Positions 16,947-26,500 of a stretch of DNA of 43,377 nt are shown one piece after another; the first letter of the stretch is position 1, and each line of letters starts with the position of its first letter. The translations under genes were made by a program, and so were the position numbers. The stretch comes from an uncultured Candidatus Saccharibacteria bacterium (GTDB lineage Bacteria; Patescibacteriota; Minisyncoccia; UBA11713; 2-01-FULL-45-33), in NCBI GenBank assembly GCA_964422785.1, contig CAYRCJ010000001.1, positions 1 to 43,377 on the forward strand. The letters are read 5' to 3'. Below the pieces are notes generated by a model. It saw only the letters and a program-made list of their open reading frames with translations. It was not told the DNA's origin and made no database searches.

Positions 16947-17702
16947 ATGAACGATAAATTTAAGGATTATTTTAGCATTATTTTAATTTTAGCCGCCTTA
17001 ATCGGAGCCGGAGTTTTTGTTTTCAAAGACTTTAAAAAGACATCGGCTCCCAAAGAAACAATTAATAATCAGACTGACGCGGCGCCGCTTGAAGTAACTG
17101 AAAACTCAAAAGCTGAGATAAAAAATTCCGCCCCAAATCTAAACAGGCAAATTGTCATGAAAATAGAATTGCCACCGGGCGAAGCCGGAAAAATTATCAA
17201 TGAAATTCAAGATCTTTCTTTAACCTTAAAACAGACTCCGGATTATCTTGCCGGTTGGCTCCAGCTGGGCATTTTGCGAAAATTTATTGGAGATTATGAC
17301 GGGGCGGTAGAGGCTTGGAAATACGCCAGCGTTATAAGACCTAAAGAACCTATTTCTTATAACAACCTGGGTGATATTTACGGCAATTATCTGCACGATC
17401 CAAAACAGGCGGAAATTTATATGAAAAAAGCCGTAGAACTTGAACCGGGAGCCGCGTCTGTATACAGGAATCTTCATGATCTTTATTATTTTTCATTTAA
17501 AGACAAAGATAAGGGGATGGGCGTTCTTCTTAAGGGCCTGGAAAAACTCCCAACGGATACCGGCTTAATGGTGATCTTGGCAGGGGATTATTTGGATAAG
17601 GGCGACAAAATAAACGCTAAAAAATATTACGATCAGGCTTTGGCCTTGGATCCGCCAAATAAGGATGCTATAATTCGCGAGATGCAAGGTGGCGGTCTAT
17701 GA
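16947..17702 (+). CDS. Membrane-anchored TPR-repeat protein
   Basis: An N-terminal TM segment (ILILAALIGAGVFVF) is followed by TPR-like repeats (..AVEAWKYASVIRPKEPISYNNLGDIY.., ..AEIYMKKAVELEPGAASVYRNL.., ..AKKYYDQALALDP). Confidence 0.8.
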   Translation: MNDKFKDYFSIILILAALIGAGVFVFKDFKKTSAPKETINNQTDAAPLEVTENSKAEIKNSAPNLNRQIVMKIELPPGEAGKIINEIQDLSLTLKQTPDYLAGWLQLGILRKFIGDYDGAVEAWKYASVIRPKEPISYNNLGDIYGNYLHDPKQAEIYMKKAVELEPGAASVYRNLHDLYYFSFKDKDKGMGVLLKGLEKLPTDTGLMVILAGDYLDKGDKINAKKYYDQALALDPPNKDAIIREMQGGGL

Positions 17703-17845
17703 ACCTATTAAACAAACATTTTTGGAAGTTTTTACTGGGATTTTTTACAATACTGGTTATTGGCATGGCTTGGCTTTTTGGAGCGGAGTATTATAACTAC
17801 ACTTCAAACCAAAATATCCAAACTAACCAAGCCAAAATCAAATAA
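17699..17845 (+). CDS. Possible 48-aa single-pass membrane peptide (below the ORF-track cutoff)
   Basis: ATG 17699 overlaps the TPR gene stop (ATGA). The translation is MNLLNKHFWKFLLGFFTILVIGMAWLFGAEYYNYTSNQNIQTNQAKIK*. It ends 3 nt before secF. Confidence 0.35.
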   Translation: MNLLNKHFWKFLLGFFTILVIGMAWLFGAEYYNYTSNQNIQTNQAKIK

Positions 17846-17848
17846 TAT

Positions 17849-18742
17849 ATGACTATTATCGGAGCTAGAAAAATTACTTATATCATTTCCGGGACACTGT
17901 CCTTGCTTTCTATTTTAAGCTTGTTTGTTTGGGGTCTGAAACCGGGGATCGATTTTACCGGCGGTTCTTTGATGGAAATCGAATACAAAAATGCGCGCCC
18001 CGCCAACAATCAAATTTTGGATGCGCTCCGAAGCACCGGTATTCTCAACGCCACCGTTCAGCCTTCCGGAGAGAAAGCTGACATACTGCGCTTCCGCGAT
18101 ATCGATGAAAAAACTCATCAGGATATTTTGGAGTCTTTAAAAAAACTCGGCGATCTGGATCAAAAACAGTTTAATTCCATCGGCCCTACAATAGGCAACG
18201 AACTTAAGAAAAACTCCGCTTGGGCGATAGCTATCGTATTAATAATGATAGTCGCCTATATTTCTTGGGCGTTTCGCAAAGTTTCCAGACCTATTTCATC
18301 CTGGAAATACGGCGTCGCGGCAATAATTGCTTTGATTCACGATGTTTCAATACCGGTCGGGGTATTTTCCGTTCTTGGGCATTTTTATGGCGTGGAAGTG
18401 GATACTCTTTTTGTCACCGCGCTCTTAACAATACTGGGTTTTTCCGTGCACGATACAATCGTTGTTTTTGACAGAATCCGGGAAAATTTAAATAAACTGG
18501 GTTCCCGTGAAAACTTTGAAAGTATCGTTGAGAAAAGTATCCGCAATACGATAACCCGTTCAATCAACACGTCTCTGACAGTTCTTTTGGTTATGTCGGC
18601 GCTTTATCTGTTCGGCGGCGCCAGCACTAAATTTTTCTCTTTAGCCCTGCTCATAGGCGTATTTTGCGGGACATATTCTTCAATTTTCATAGCCAGCGCT
18701 CTATTGGTCACCTCATATAAAATGTCCATTAAGAGATCTTGA
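17849..18742 (+). CDS. secF: Protein translocase subunit SecF
   Basis: GIDFTGGSLMEIEY, ..SIGPTIGNELKK.., ..FSVHDTIVVFDRIREN.. and six hydrophobic segments, at the typical ~300-aa size. Confidence 0.9.
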   Translation: MTIIGARKITYIISGTLSLLSILSLFVWGLKPGIDFTGGSLMEIEYKNARPANNQILDALRSTGILNATVQPSGEKADILRFRDIDEKTHQDILESLKKLGDLDQKQFNSIGPTIGNELKKNSAWAIAIVLIMIVAYISWAFRKVSRPISSWKYGVAAIIALIHDVSIPVGVFSVLGHFYGVEVDTLFVTALLTILGFSVHDTIVVFDRIRENLNKLGSRENFESIVEKSIRNTITRSINTSLTVLLVMSALYLFGGASTKFFSLALLIGVFCGTYSSIFIASALLVTSYKMSIKRS

Positions 18743-18767
18743 CTCACGGTGGTAAAAATGCTAAGTT
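18739..18767 (+). promoter_or_regulatory. Candidate promoter for the wHTH/coiled-coil gene pair
   Basis: TTGACT (18739-18744, overlapping the secF stop), a 17-nt spacer ending in an extended -10 TGc, then TAAGTT (18762-18767). Confidence 0.35.
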
Positions 18768-18812
18768 AAGCCTGGTTAATCAGTGGAAAATCTTTGAAAA
18801 GGAGACATCGGA

Positions 18813-19358
18813 GTGGAACAAACAGAAATTGCCGGCAAAATCATCGCTCACCTTAGGAAATATGGATACAGGGCGCTGATGAGCCCCGGACCTTTTTCTC
18901 AGAAACTAGGATGCGCTTTTGGCGAGTTGCGGGCTGTCCAATTGGTGTTGTTAGAAAATAAAGTCATAACTTGCGTAAGCTATTCCGTGAGCGCTCCCGA
19001 ATATGAGCTGCTGGGAGGTTATCAAGAAGGCGACGAGTGGCAGAAATTTTTTCCGGAAATAAAAAAAAACGAAAATTCTGACCTTGATCCCCTTTCGATT
19101 GAGCTTCATAAAGCGCTGACGAAATTAGCCAAAACTCAAGAGACTACGATTCGGCTTGCCAAAGAGGTCAGGCGCTTGGAGGAAACGTGCGCCAGAGATG
19201 AAGAACAAAAACAACGCTATAAAGATTGCATACTTCAACTCCAGATCAAGCTTGATGAAAAAAACGCCAAAGATAACTCTATTGGGCGCGCAAACCAAGA
19301 GCTTTTAGCTAAAGTTGAGAATAATGACAAGGAATTGAGCACGATAATCCTTTCCTAA
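18813..19358 (+). CDS. Hypothetical protein with an N-terminal wHTH-like domain and a C-terminal coiled coil
   Basis: GTG start 5 nt after the SD aaaggaga. The N-terminal ~70 aa resemble a winged helix. The C-terminal half is heptad-rich (LAKTQETTIRLAKEVRRLEE...LQLQIKLDEK). Confidence 0.5.
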   Translation: MEQTEIAGKIIAHLRKYGYRALMSPGPFSQKLGCAFGELRAVQLVLLENKVITCVSYSVSAPEYELLGGYQEGDEWQKFFPEIKKNENSDLDPLSIELHKALTKLAKTQETTIRLAKEVRRLEETCARDEEQKQRYKDCILQLQIKLDEKNAKDNSIGRANQELLAKVENNDKELSTIILS

Positions 19359-19415
19359 AATAAAAACAAAGGCTTCCTAGTCCCTTAAAAACAACTCCAG
19401 GAGGACAATTGGTCT

Positions 19416-19991
19416 ATGGCAGGAAGAGCACAGCGGGCAATTGTTGATTTTCTCAGTCAAAATGACGAGAAAACGGCGACTATAGTAGTGTCTGAATTTG
19501 CCAGAAGTTTAAATGTGGGCTTCGGGTCAGTTAATGCGGCGCTCCATAGTTTATTGAATAATGGCGTGATAAAGAAATCTGATGAACTTTGCGCCGCGAT
19601 GTCCACTAAATATGTTTTAATTGGAGATTTTCCGGCTACAGCTCAAAGACAAACTATGCCGCGAAGACCAAATCATAAATTAGGCGGCGACTTATTGGAA
19701 AGAGCCATGGAGCAAGTAGCTACGCTCAAAGCCACTCAAGACCGGCTAATCGAAGCTCTGGCGAAAATCAAAGAATTGGAAAAGGTAGTTTTGGAAAGAG
19801 ACAAAACTATTTTTCTTAAAGACAAGGAGATCACAGATTTAAAAGACGAACTGAATGCCACGGATGCGCAATTGGCTGGCGAGCAAAGTAAGTTTTTGGA
19901 GCTATTGCAAAGTACGGAAAGAAATAACAAAATGCTCACAAGGAAGATCGCCTTTGATGGCCAGGGAGTTCAGCGGACCGCTGACGCCTAA
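19416..19991 (+). CDS. Hypothetical protein with a wHTH-like domain and a coiled coil; paralog-like to 18813..19358
   Basis: The SD aggagg lies upstream. The architecture is the same as the neighbour (AIVDFLSQN..SEFARSLNVGFGSVNAALHSLLNNGVIKK, then LKATQDRLIEALAKIKELEK...). The shared segment L.K.TQ...I.LAK...LE is visible. Confidence 0.5.
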   Translation: MAGRAQRAIVDFLSQNDEKTATIVVSEFARSLNVGFGSVNAALHSLLNNGVIKKSDELCAAMSTKYVLIGDFPATAQRQTMPRRPNHKLGGDLLERAMEQVATLKATQDRLIEALAKIKELEKVVLERDKTIFLKDKEITDLKDELNATDAQLAGEQSKFLELLQSTERNNKMLTRKIAFDGQGVQRTADA

Positions 19992-20004
19992 AGTAAGTTA
20001 ATAC

Positions 20005-20047
20005 AACCCTGTCCCGCCGATGGCGGGGCGGGGTTGACTTTTTTTAT
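20005..20047 (+). terminator. Strong rho-independent terminator
   Basis: A 15-bp stem caaccctgtcccgcc / ggcggggcggggttg (three G-U pairs) with loop gat, followed by acttttttt. Confidence 0.75.
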
Positions 20048-20061
20048 GGGTTTGCTATACT
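20034..20061 (+). promoter_or_regulatory. Candidate rpoBC promoter, with its -35 inside the 3' arm of the preceding terminator
   Basis: TTGACT (20034-20039), a 16-nt spacer, then TATACT (20056-20061). This leaves a ~175-nt leader before the rpoB ATG at 20240. Confidence 0.5.
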
Positions 20062-20239
20062 ACCAAAACTGTCGGATTGAGGGCGTCTAAGCCTATGGAT
20101 GTGGGTGTGGATAACTCAATCTTGTGCAATTTTAAAATAGGGGGTACGATTAACCCCATCGCTTTGAATATTCGAATAAGCATCCATGGATAGGTAGCTT
20201 ATTATAAACCCTAATTTTTGATGGGGAGGGCCTTTTTTT

Positions 20240-23200
20240 ATGATTCAAAAAAAATACTTCTCTCGTTACAGAGAACCATACGCATCCTTGCCTGACTTGG
20301 CGGAGATGCAGATAGTGTCTTTTAACTGGCTTATCAAAGAGGGACTAAAGGAGATCTTCAATGAATTTTCTCCTATTTTAGATTATACGGACAAAGAACT
20401 TGCCCTGGAGTTTTTGGATTACTCAATTGACGAGCCGAGGTTTGATGAGAACCACGCCAGGATAAACAATCTTTCATACGAAGCTCCTCTTAGAATTAAA
20501 GTCCGGCTTACAAATAAAAATACCGGAGAGAAAAAAGAACAAGAAATTTTCCTGGCGGATTTTCCTTTGATGACTCCGCGCGGGACATTTATTATAAACG
20601 GGGTAGAGCGGGTTATAGTTTCTCAGCTCGCCCGTTCTCCGGGAGTTCACTTTACTCCGGCCGTAACTTCTAGGGCCAGAAAGTTATTTGGCGCAAAAAT
20701 TATTCCAACCCGCGGAGCCTGGTTGGAATTTGATACGGAATCTGACGGAGCGATTTACGTGCGTATCGACAGAAAAAGAAAAATTTCTTTTACAGCGCTT
20801 TTAAGAATTTTCGGCTTGGAAACAAATGAGGCGATCGAGAGCGCGTTTAAAGATGTAGACACAGGAGGGATTTCTTTTCTCAAAAAAACACTGGACAAAG
20901 ACCCGGCCAAAAACGCCGATGAGGCCTATTTGGAAATTTTCAAAAGAATAAGGCAGGGAGAGCTCGCTACAATAGATAATGCCAAAGAGCTTGTGGGGAC
21001 AATGTTTAAACCTGAAAGATACGATATTTCAGCGGTGGGAAGATACAAGTTAACTCAGAGACTCCCCGGGCTTCTTAAAATAAAGTCAAATAATCCCAGG
21101 GTTTTAAGCGCGGAAGATTTGATCGAAATTGTGTCTGAAATCATAAGACTAAATAACAATCCTCAAGCTCAGCCTGATGATATTGATAATCTTGGAAATC
21201 GCCGAATCAGATCTGTTGGAGAAATGCTCCAACAGCGTCTTCGGGTCGGGTTGTCCAGAATGGAAAGAACAATTAAAGATCGGATGTCCACTCTTGATGT
21301 GGAGACATTGACTCCGGTTCAGCTTATTAATGCCAGGCCATTTTCCGCGCTCATAAAAGAATTTTTCATGACCAACCAGCTTTCTCAATTTATGGATCAG
21401 ATAAACGTTTTGAGCGAATTGGAGCACAGGCGCCGCGTTTCAGCCTTAGGACCCGGAGGACTTACCCGCGAGAGAGCCGGCTTTGAAGTGAGAGACGTTC
21501 ACCCCTCTTATTATGGAAGACTTTGTCCGATTATGACCCCGGAAGGTCCGAACATCGGTCTTATCAATCATTTGGCCGGATATGCCAAGGTAAATGATTT
21601 TGGTATTTTGGAAACTCCTTACAGAAAAGTTGAGAGTGGAAAAGTAACCAATAAAATAGATTATCTTACTTCTTTTGAAGAGGTGAGGTTCAAAATTGCT
21701 CATGCCGGAATCAATATGGATTCCAAGGGAAATATTCTTGAGGAAGAAGTGGAAGGGCGGGCAAAAGGGCAGCCTTCGGTAATTCCCAAAAGTGAAATTG
21801 ACTACATCGATGTTTCTCCACAACAGGCTTTGAGTATCGCCACCTCTCTTATACCGTTTTTGGAGCACGATGACGCCACCCGCGCAATGATGGGTTCAAA
21901 CATGCAAAGACAAGCTGTCCCCTGCATCAACCCGCAAGCTCCATTGGTAGGCACGGGGATGGAAGAGCGCGCGGCCAGAGATTCCGGCAGACTTATAATC
22001 TCGGATTTAGATGGCGCTGTTTCATCTATCGATTCAACTCATATTACGGTCAAAGGAGGAGGAAAAACAAAAAATTACGAACTTTCAAATTTTGTTCGAA
22101 CCAACCAATCTTCCGTCATACATCAGAGGCCAATTGTTAAATTTGGCGACAAAATTAAAAAAGGCGATATTTTGGCAGACACCTCTCTTACCGACAGAGG
22201 TAATTTGGCGTTGGGACAAAATTTGCTGGTGGCATTTTTATCTTGGAGCGGAAACAATTTTGAGGACGCCATTATTATTTCTGAAAAACTGGTTAAAAAC
22301 GATATTTTCAGTTCAATGCACATTGAGGATTTTTCCGTTCAGGTGCGCGATACAAAATTAGGTCCTGAGATCACAACTCATGATATTCCGAATGTTGGAG
22401 AAGAGAAATTAAAGGATTTGGATGAAGACGGTGTTGTCCGCATCGGAGCCGAAGTCAGGTCCGGAGATATCTTGGTGGGTAAAATTTCTCCGAAGGGGGA
22501 ATCAGATCTTACTCCTGAAGAAAGGCTTCTTCGGGCGATTTTTGGAGAGAAGGCCAGAGATGTTAAGGATACGTCTTTGAGAATGCCTCATGGAAAACGA
22601 GGAAGAATAGTGGGTGTGAAAGTTTTCTCCAGAGAAAGAGGAGACAAATTGGAAACCGGAGTAATAAAAGAGATCCGCGTCGAGGTGGCGGAAATGAGAA
22701 AAGTATCGGTCGGCGATAAACTGGCCGGACGACACGGAAACAAAGGAGTTATTTCAAGGATTTTGCCGGAAGAAGATATGCCGTATCTTGCGGACGGAAC
22801 TCCGGTAGACATCATATTAAATCCGTTGGGTGTGGCTTCCCGTATGAACATCGGGCAGATTTTGGAGACGCACTTGGGGTGGGCCGCCCAAAAACTTGGA
22901 TATCACGCCGTAACTCCGGCTCTTCTCGGGGCGACAGAATCAGAAGTCAAAGAAGAATTAAAAAAAGCCGGATTGCCGGAAGACGGAAAGGTCAAACTTT
23001 TTGACGGAAGATCCGGCGAAGCATTTGATCAAAAAGTGACCGTTGGCCAGGTTTACATAATGAAGTTATCTCACATGGTGGAAGACAAGATCCACATGCG
23101 TTCAATCGGTCCTTATTCACTTATTACCCAACAGCCTTTGGGCGGAAAGGCCCAAGGAGGAGGCCAAAGATTCGGAGAAATGGAAGTGTGGGCGCTTGAA

Positions 23201-23530
23201 GGATATGGCGCCGCGCATACTCTCCAAGAAATGCTGACAATAAAATCAGACGATGTTTTGGGCCGGGCCGCGGCTTACGATGCGATTGTGCGCGGGGAGC
23301 CTTTCCAGATTCCCAATATTCCCGCCTCATTCCATGTTTTGGTAAATGAATTAAAGGGGCTTGGGCTTGATGTGGAAATGAAGGGAGTAGAATCTCAACC
23401 GGAAGAAGATTTGGAAGAGCGGTCAAAATTCGTCACTAAATCAAAAGAAAGAGAAAACTTCGATGAATTTATTGAGGAGGAGGAAAAGGTTGAGGCAAAA
23501 GTAAAAAAAGTAGCCGGCAAAAAATCTTAA
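20240..23530 (+). CDS. rpoB: DNA-directed RNA polymerase subunit beta
   Basis: Canonical blocks are present: GTFIINGVERVIVSQLARSPGV, RRVSALGPGGLTRERAGFEVRDVH, NMQRQAVP, AGRHGNKGVIS and GGQRFGEMEVWALEGYGAA. Confidence 0.97.
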   Translation: MIQKKYFSRYREPYASLPDLAEMQIVSFNWLIKEGLKEIFNEFSPILDYTDKELALEFLDYSIDEPRFDENHARINNLSYEAPLRIKVRLTNKNTGEKKEQEIFLADFPLMTPRGTFIINGVERVIVSQLARSPGVHFTPAVTSRARKLFGAKIIPTRGAWLEFDTESDGAIYVRIDRKRKISFTALLRIFGLETNEAIESAFKDVDTGGISFLKKTLDKDPAKNADEAYLEIFKRIRQGELATIDNAKELVGTMFKPERYDISAVGRYKLTQRLPGLLKIKSNNPRVLSAEDLIEIVSEIIRLNNNPQAQPDDIDNLGNRRIRSVGEMLQQRLRVGLSRMERTIKDRMSTLDVETLTPVQLINARPFSALIKEFFMTNQLSQFMDQINVLSELEHRRRVSALGPGGLTRERAGFEVRDVHPSYYGRLCPIMTPEGPNIGLINHLAGYAKVNDFGILETPYRKVESGKVTNKIDYLTSFEEVRFKIAHAGINMDSKGNILEEEVEGRAKGQPSVIPKSEIDYIDVSPQQALSIATSLIPFLEHDDATRAMMGSNMQRQAVPCINPQAPLVGTGMEERAARDSGRLIISDLDGAVSSIDSTHITVKGGGKTKNYELSNFVRTNQSSVIHQRPIVKFGDKIKKGDILADTSLTDRGNLALGQNLLVAFLSWSGNNFEDAIIISEKLVKNDIFSSMHIEDFSVQVRDTKLGPEITTHDIPNVGEEKLKDLDEDGVVRIGAEVRSGDILVGKISPKGESDLTPEERLLRAIFGEKARDVKDTSLRMPHGKRGRIVGVKVFSRERGDKLETGVIKEIRVEVAEMRKVSVGDKLAGRHGNKGVISRILPEEDMPYLADGTPVDIILNPLGVASRMNIGQILETHLGWAAQKLGYHAVTPALLGATESEVKEELKKAGLPEDGKVKLFDGRSGEAFDQKVTVGQVYIMKLSHMVEDKIHMRSIGPYSLITQQPLGGKAQGGGQRFGEMEVWALEGYGAAHTLQEMLTIKSDDVLGRAAAYDAIVRGEPFQIPNIPASFHVLVNELKGLGLDVEMKGVESQPEEDLEERSKFVTKSKERENFDEFIEEEEKVEAKVKKVAGKKS

Positions 23531-23541
23531 ATTTATAAATT

Positions 23542-26500
23542 ATGGAAACAAGAATCACGGATTTCAAATCATTAATGATGAAACTCGCTTCTCCCGAGAA
23601 GATTTTGATATGGTCAAAAGGGGAAGTTACAAAACCGGAAACTATAAACTACAGAACACAACGGCCTGAAAAGGACGGGCTTTTTGACGAAAGAATTTTC
23701 GGCCCTGAAAGAGATTACGAATGTTATTGTGGAAAATATAAACGCGTAAGATACAAGGGAATCGTCTGTGACAAATGTGGAGTTGAAGTGACTCGCTCAA
23801 TTGTTCGCCGCGAAAGAATGGGGCACATCGAACTTGCTTCGCCTGTTTCTCATATCTGGTTTTTACGAGGCGTGCCGTCGCACATCAGCATGCTTTTGGA
23901 TATTTCAGTTCCGGATTTGGAGAAGGTCATTTATTTTGCCGGCTACATAATCACTAAAGTATTTGAAGATAAGCGCCAGGAAGTTTTGGACGCTCTCGAC
24001 AAAGAATACAAATCAAAATTAAAAGGCGCTGATACCAAAGACAATAAAGATGTTTTAAAAGGCGCGTATGACAAAGCAAAATCCGAAATTAAAAGTTTAA
24101 CTCCGGGGGCGGTTATTTCCGAAGTTGAATACCATAGGTTAAGCATGAAATATGGGGATGCGTTTGAGGCGGACATCGGATCCGAGGCTCTCCGCAAAAT
24201 CTGCGGCGATTTGAATTTGAGGGAACTTTTACCGACGGTGGAAAAGCAACTGGTGGACGCTTCCCCGATCCAAAAAAAGAAAATCCAAAGACGTATCCGT
24301 CTGATAAGAACATTGATTCGTTCGGGAGTTCATCCGGAATGGATGTTTTTGACTGAGATCCCCGTGATCCCTCCGGCGCTTCGCCCCATGGTTCAATTGG
24401 AAGGAGGGCGTCATGCCACTTCCGACATCAACGATCTTTATAGGCGTGTAATCAACAGGAACAACCGTCTCAAAAAACTTTTGGAACTCAAGGCTCCGGA
24501 AGTTATTGTCAGAAACGAAAAAAGAATGCTTCAGGAAGCTGTTGATTCTTTGATTGACAACTCAATCAAAAGAAACCAGGGACCTGCCGCCACCTCTCAA
24601 GCTCAAAAAAGACCATTAAGATCGTTGGCTGATATGCTCAAGGGTAAGCAGGGAAGATTCAGGCAAAATCTTTTGGGAAAACGCGTGGACTATTCCGGAC
24701 GATCCGTTATTGTAGTGGGGCCTGATCTTAAATTGAGTCAATGCGGTCTGCCCAAGCACATGGCTTTGGAGCTTTTCAGGCCGTTCGTAATTCAAAAATT
24801 GATGGAGCGCACTTTGGCACATACCATAAAAGGAGCGGGCAGATTAATTGATGATTTGGTCCCTGAGGTTTGGGAAAGTTTAGAAGAAGTAATCCGGGAT
24901 AAACACGTGCTCCTCAACCGCGCGCCGACTCTTCACCGGCTGGGCATTCAAGCATTTAAACCGATATTAATAGAAGGCAACGCTATTCAACTTCATCCGC
25001 TGGTATGTTCCGCTTTCAACGCTGACTTCGATGGAGACCAGATGGCTGTGCATGTTCCGCTGACCGACGAGGCTCAAAGAGAAGCCAGAGATATTATGGC
25101 GAGCAATAAAAACTTGTTTAAGCCAGGCAATGGAGATCCTGTTGTTATTCCTACTCAGGATATTGTTATGGGAATTTCTTACCTTACCCGTATTCGCGAA
25201 GGCGCGAAAGGCGAGGGGAAATATTTCTCAAGTCCGAATGAGGCGATTTTGGCGTATGATTTCGATACTATAAGCCTTCAGGCCAAAGTCTTTGTTAAGA
25301 TAACCAAGACTCCAAAGTATCAATCGTTGGAAAAAGAAATATTGGAAACCTCAGTCGGCAGATTGATTTTCAACAGTGTGATACCCCGCGACTATTCTTA
25401 CATAAATAATGAAATGAAAAAGAAAGACCTTGAGCGTTTGGTCGCGGCTATTATTCAAAAATACGGCGTGGACGCCACTCCGCCCATTTTGGACCACATA
25501 AAAAGTTTAGGTTATCGTTACGCCACAAAATCAGGAATCAGCTGGGGAATGGATGATATCCAAATACCTCCAGAAAAAAATGCCTTTGTTGAGAAGGCAA
25601 AAGAAGAGGCCCGTGTTATAGAAAACCAATACAACATCGGGCTTTTGACGGACAAAGAAAGATACGAAAAAGTTACTTTTATTTGGGGGGATGTAAAAGC
25701 AAAAATTGATGAAAAAACTCCGGCTATTTTGGATAAATACGGCCCCATTCACTACATGGTCGGCTCAGGCGCCAGAGGACAATGGAACCAGATCAACCAG
25801 ATTGCAAGTATGAAGGGTCTTGTTGTAAACCCGTCCGGCCGCATCATCGAGCTCCCGATCATTTCAAGTTATAAAGAGGGTCTTAACGTTCTGGAATATT
25901 TCATTTCCACTCACGCCGCCAGAAAGGGTACCGCTGACACGGCTCTAAAAACCGCCGTTGCCGGTTATTTGACCAGGAGGTTGGTTGATGTCGCTCAAGA
26001 TGTGATAATCAGCGAGCCAAACTGTAAAGACGAAATCGGATTGCCAGTTTTCAAAAAAGATTATGAAAGGCTGGGCAAAAATTTCGCGTTAAGAATCTTA
26101 GGAAGAGTATTGGCGCAAGATGTTAATGATCCTGCCGGCAAAATACTATTTAAGAGCGGTCATATTTTGTCGAACATCGATGCGGAAAAAATCGCTTCGT
26201 TGGACATTCCAACGGTAGTATTAAGATCGCCTGTAACCTGTCGTTTGGCCAGGGGGATCTGCCAGCTTTGCTACGGATATGATTTGGGGTCTCACACCCC
26301 GGTTAAGTTGGGAGAAGCGGTGGGAGTAGTCGCCGCTCAAGCCATCGGAGAACCGGGAACTCAGCTTACAATGCGTACCTTCCACGTGGGAGGTATCGCG
26401 GGAGCCGCGGACATCACGATGGGTCTGCCCCGCGTGGAAGAAATTTTTGAAATCCGAGCTCCAAAACTAAAAGCCATTATTTCAAATATAGGAGGGCAGG

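Noticed and set aside
20046-20195. Small ORFs in the rpoB leader (14 aa from 20046, 32 aa from 20096).
   Set aside because: They have no SD and no recognisable peptide features. The region is more simply read as an untranslated leader.
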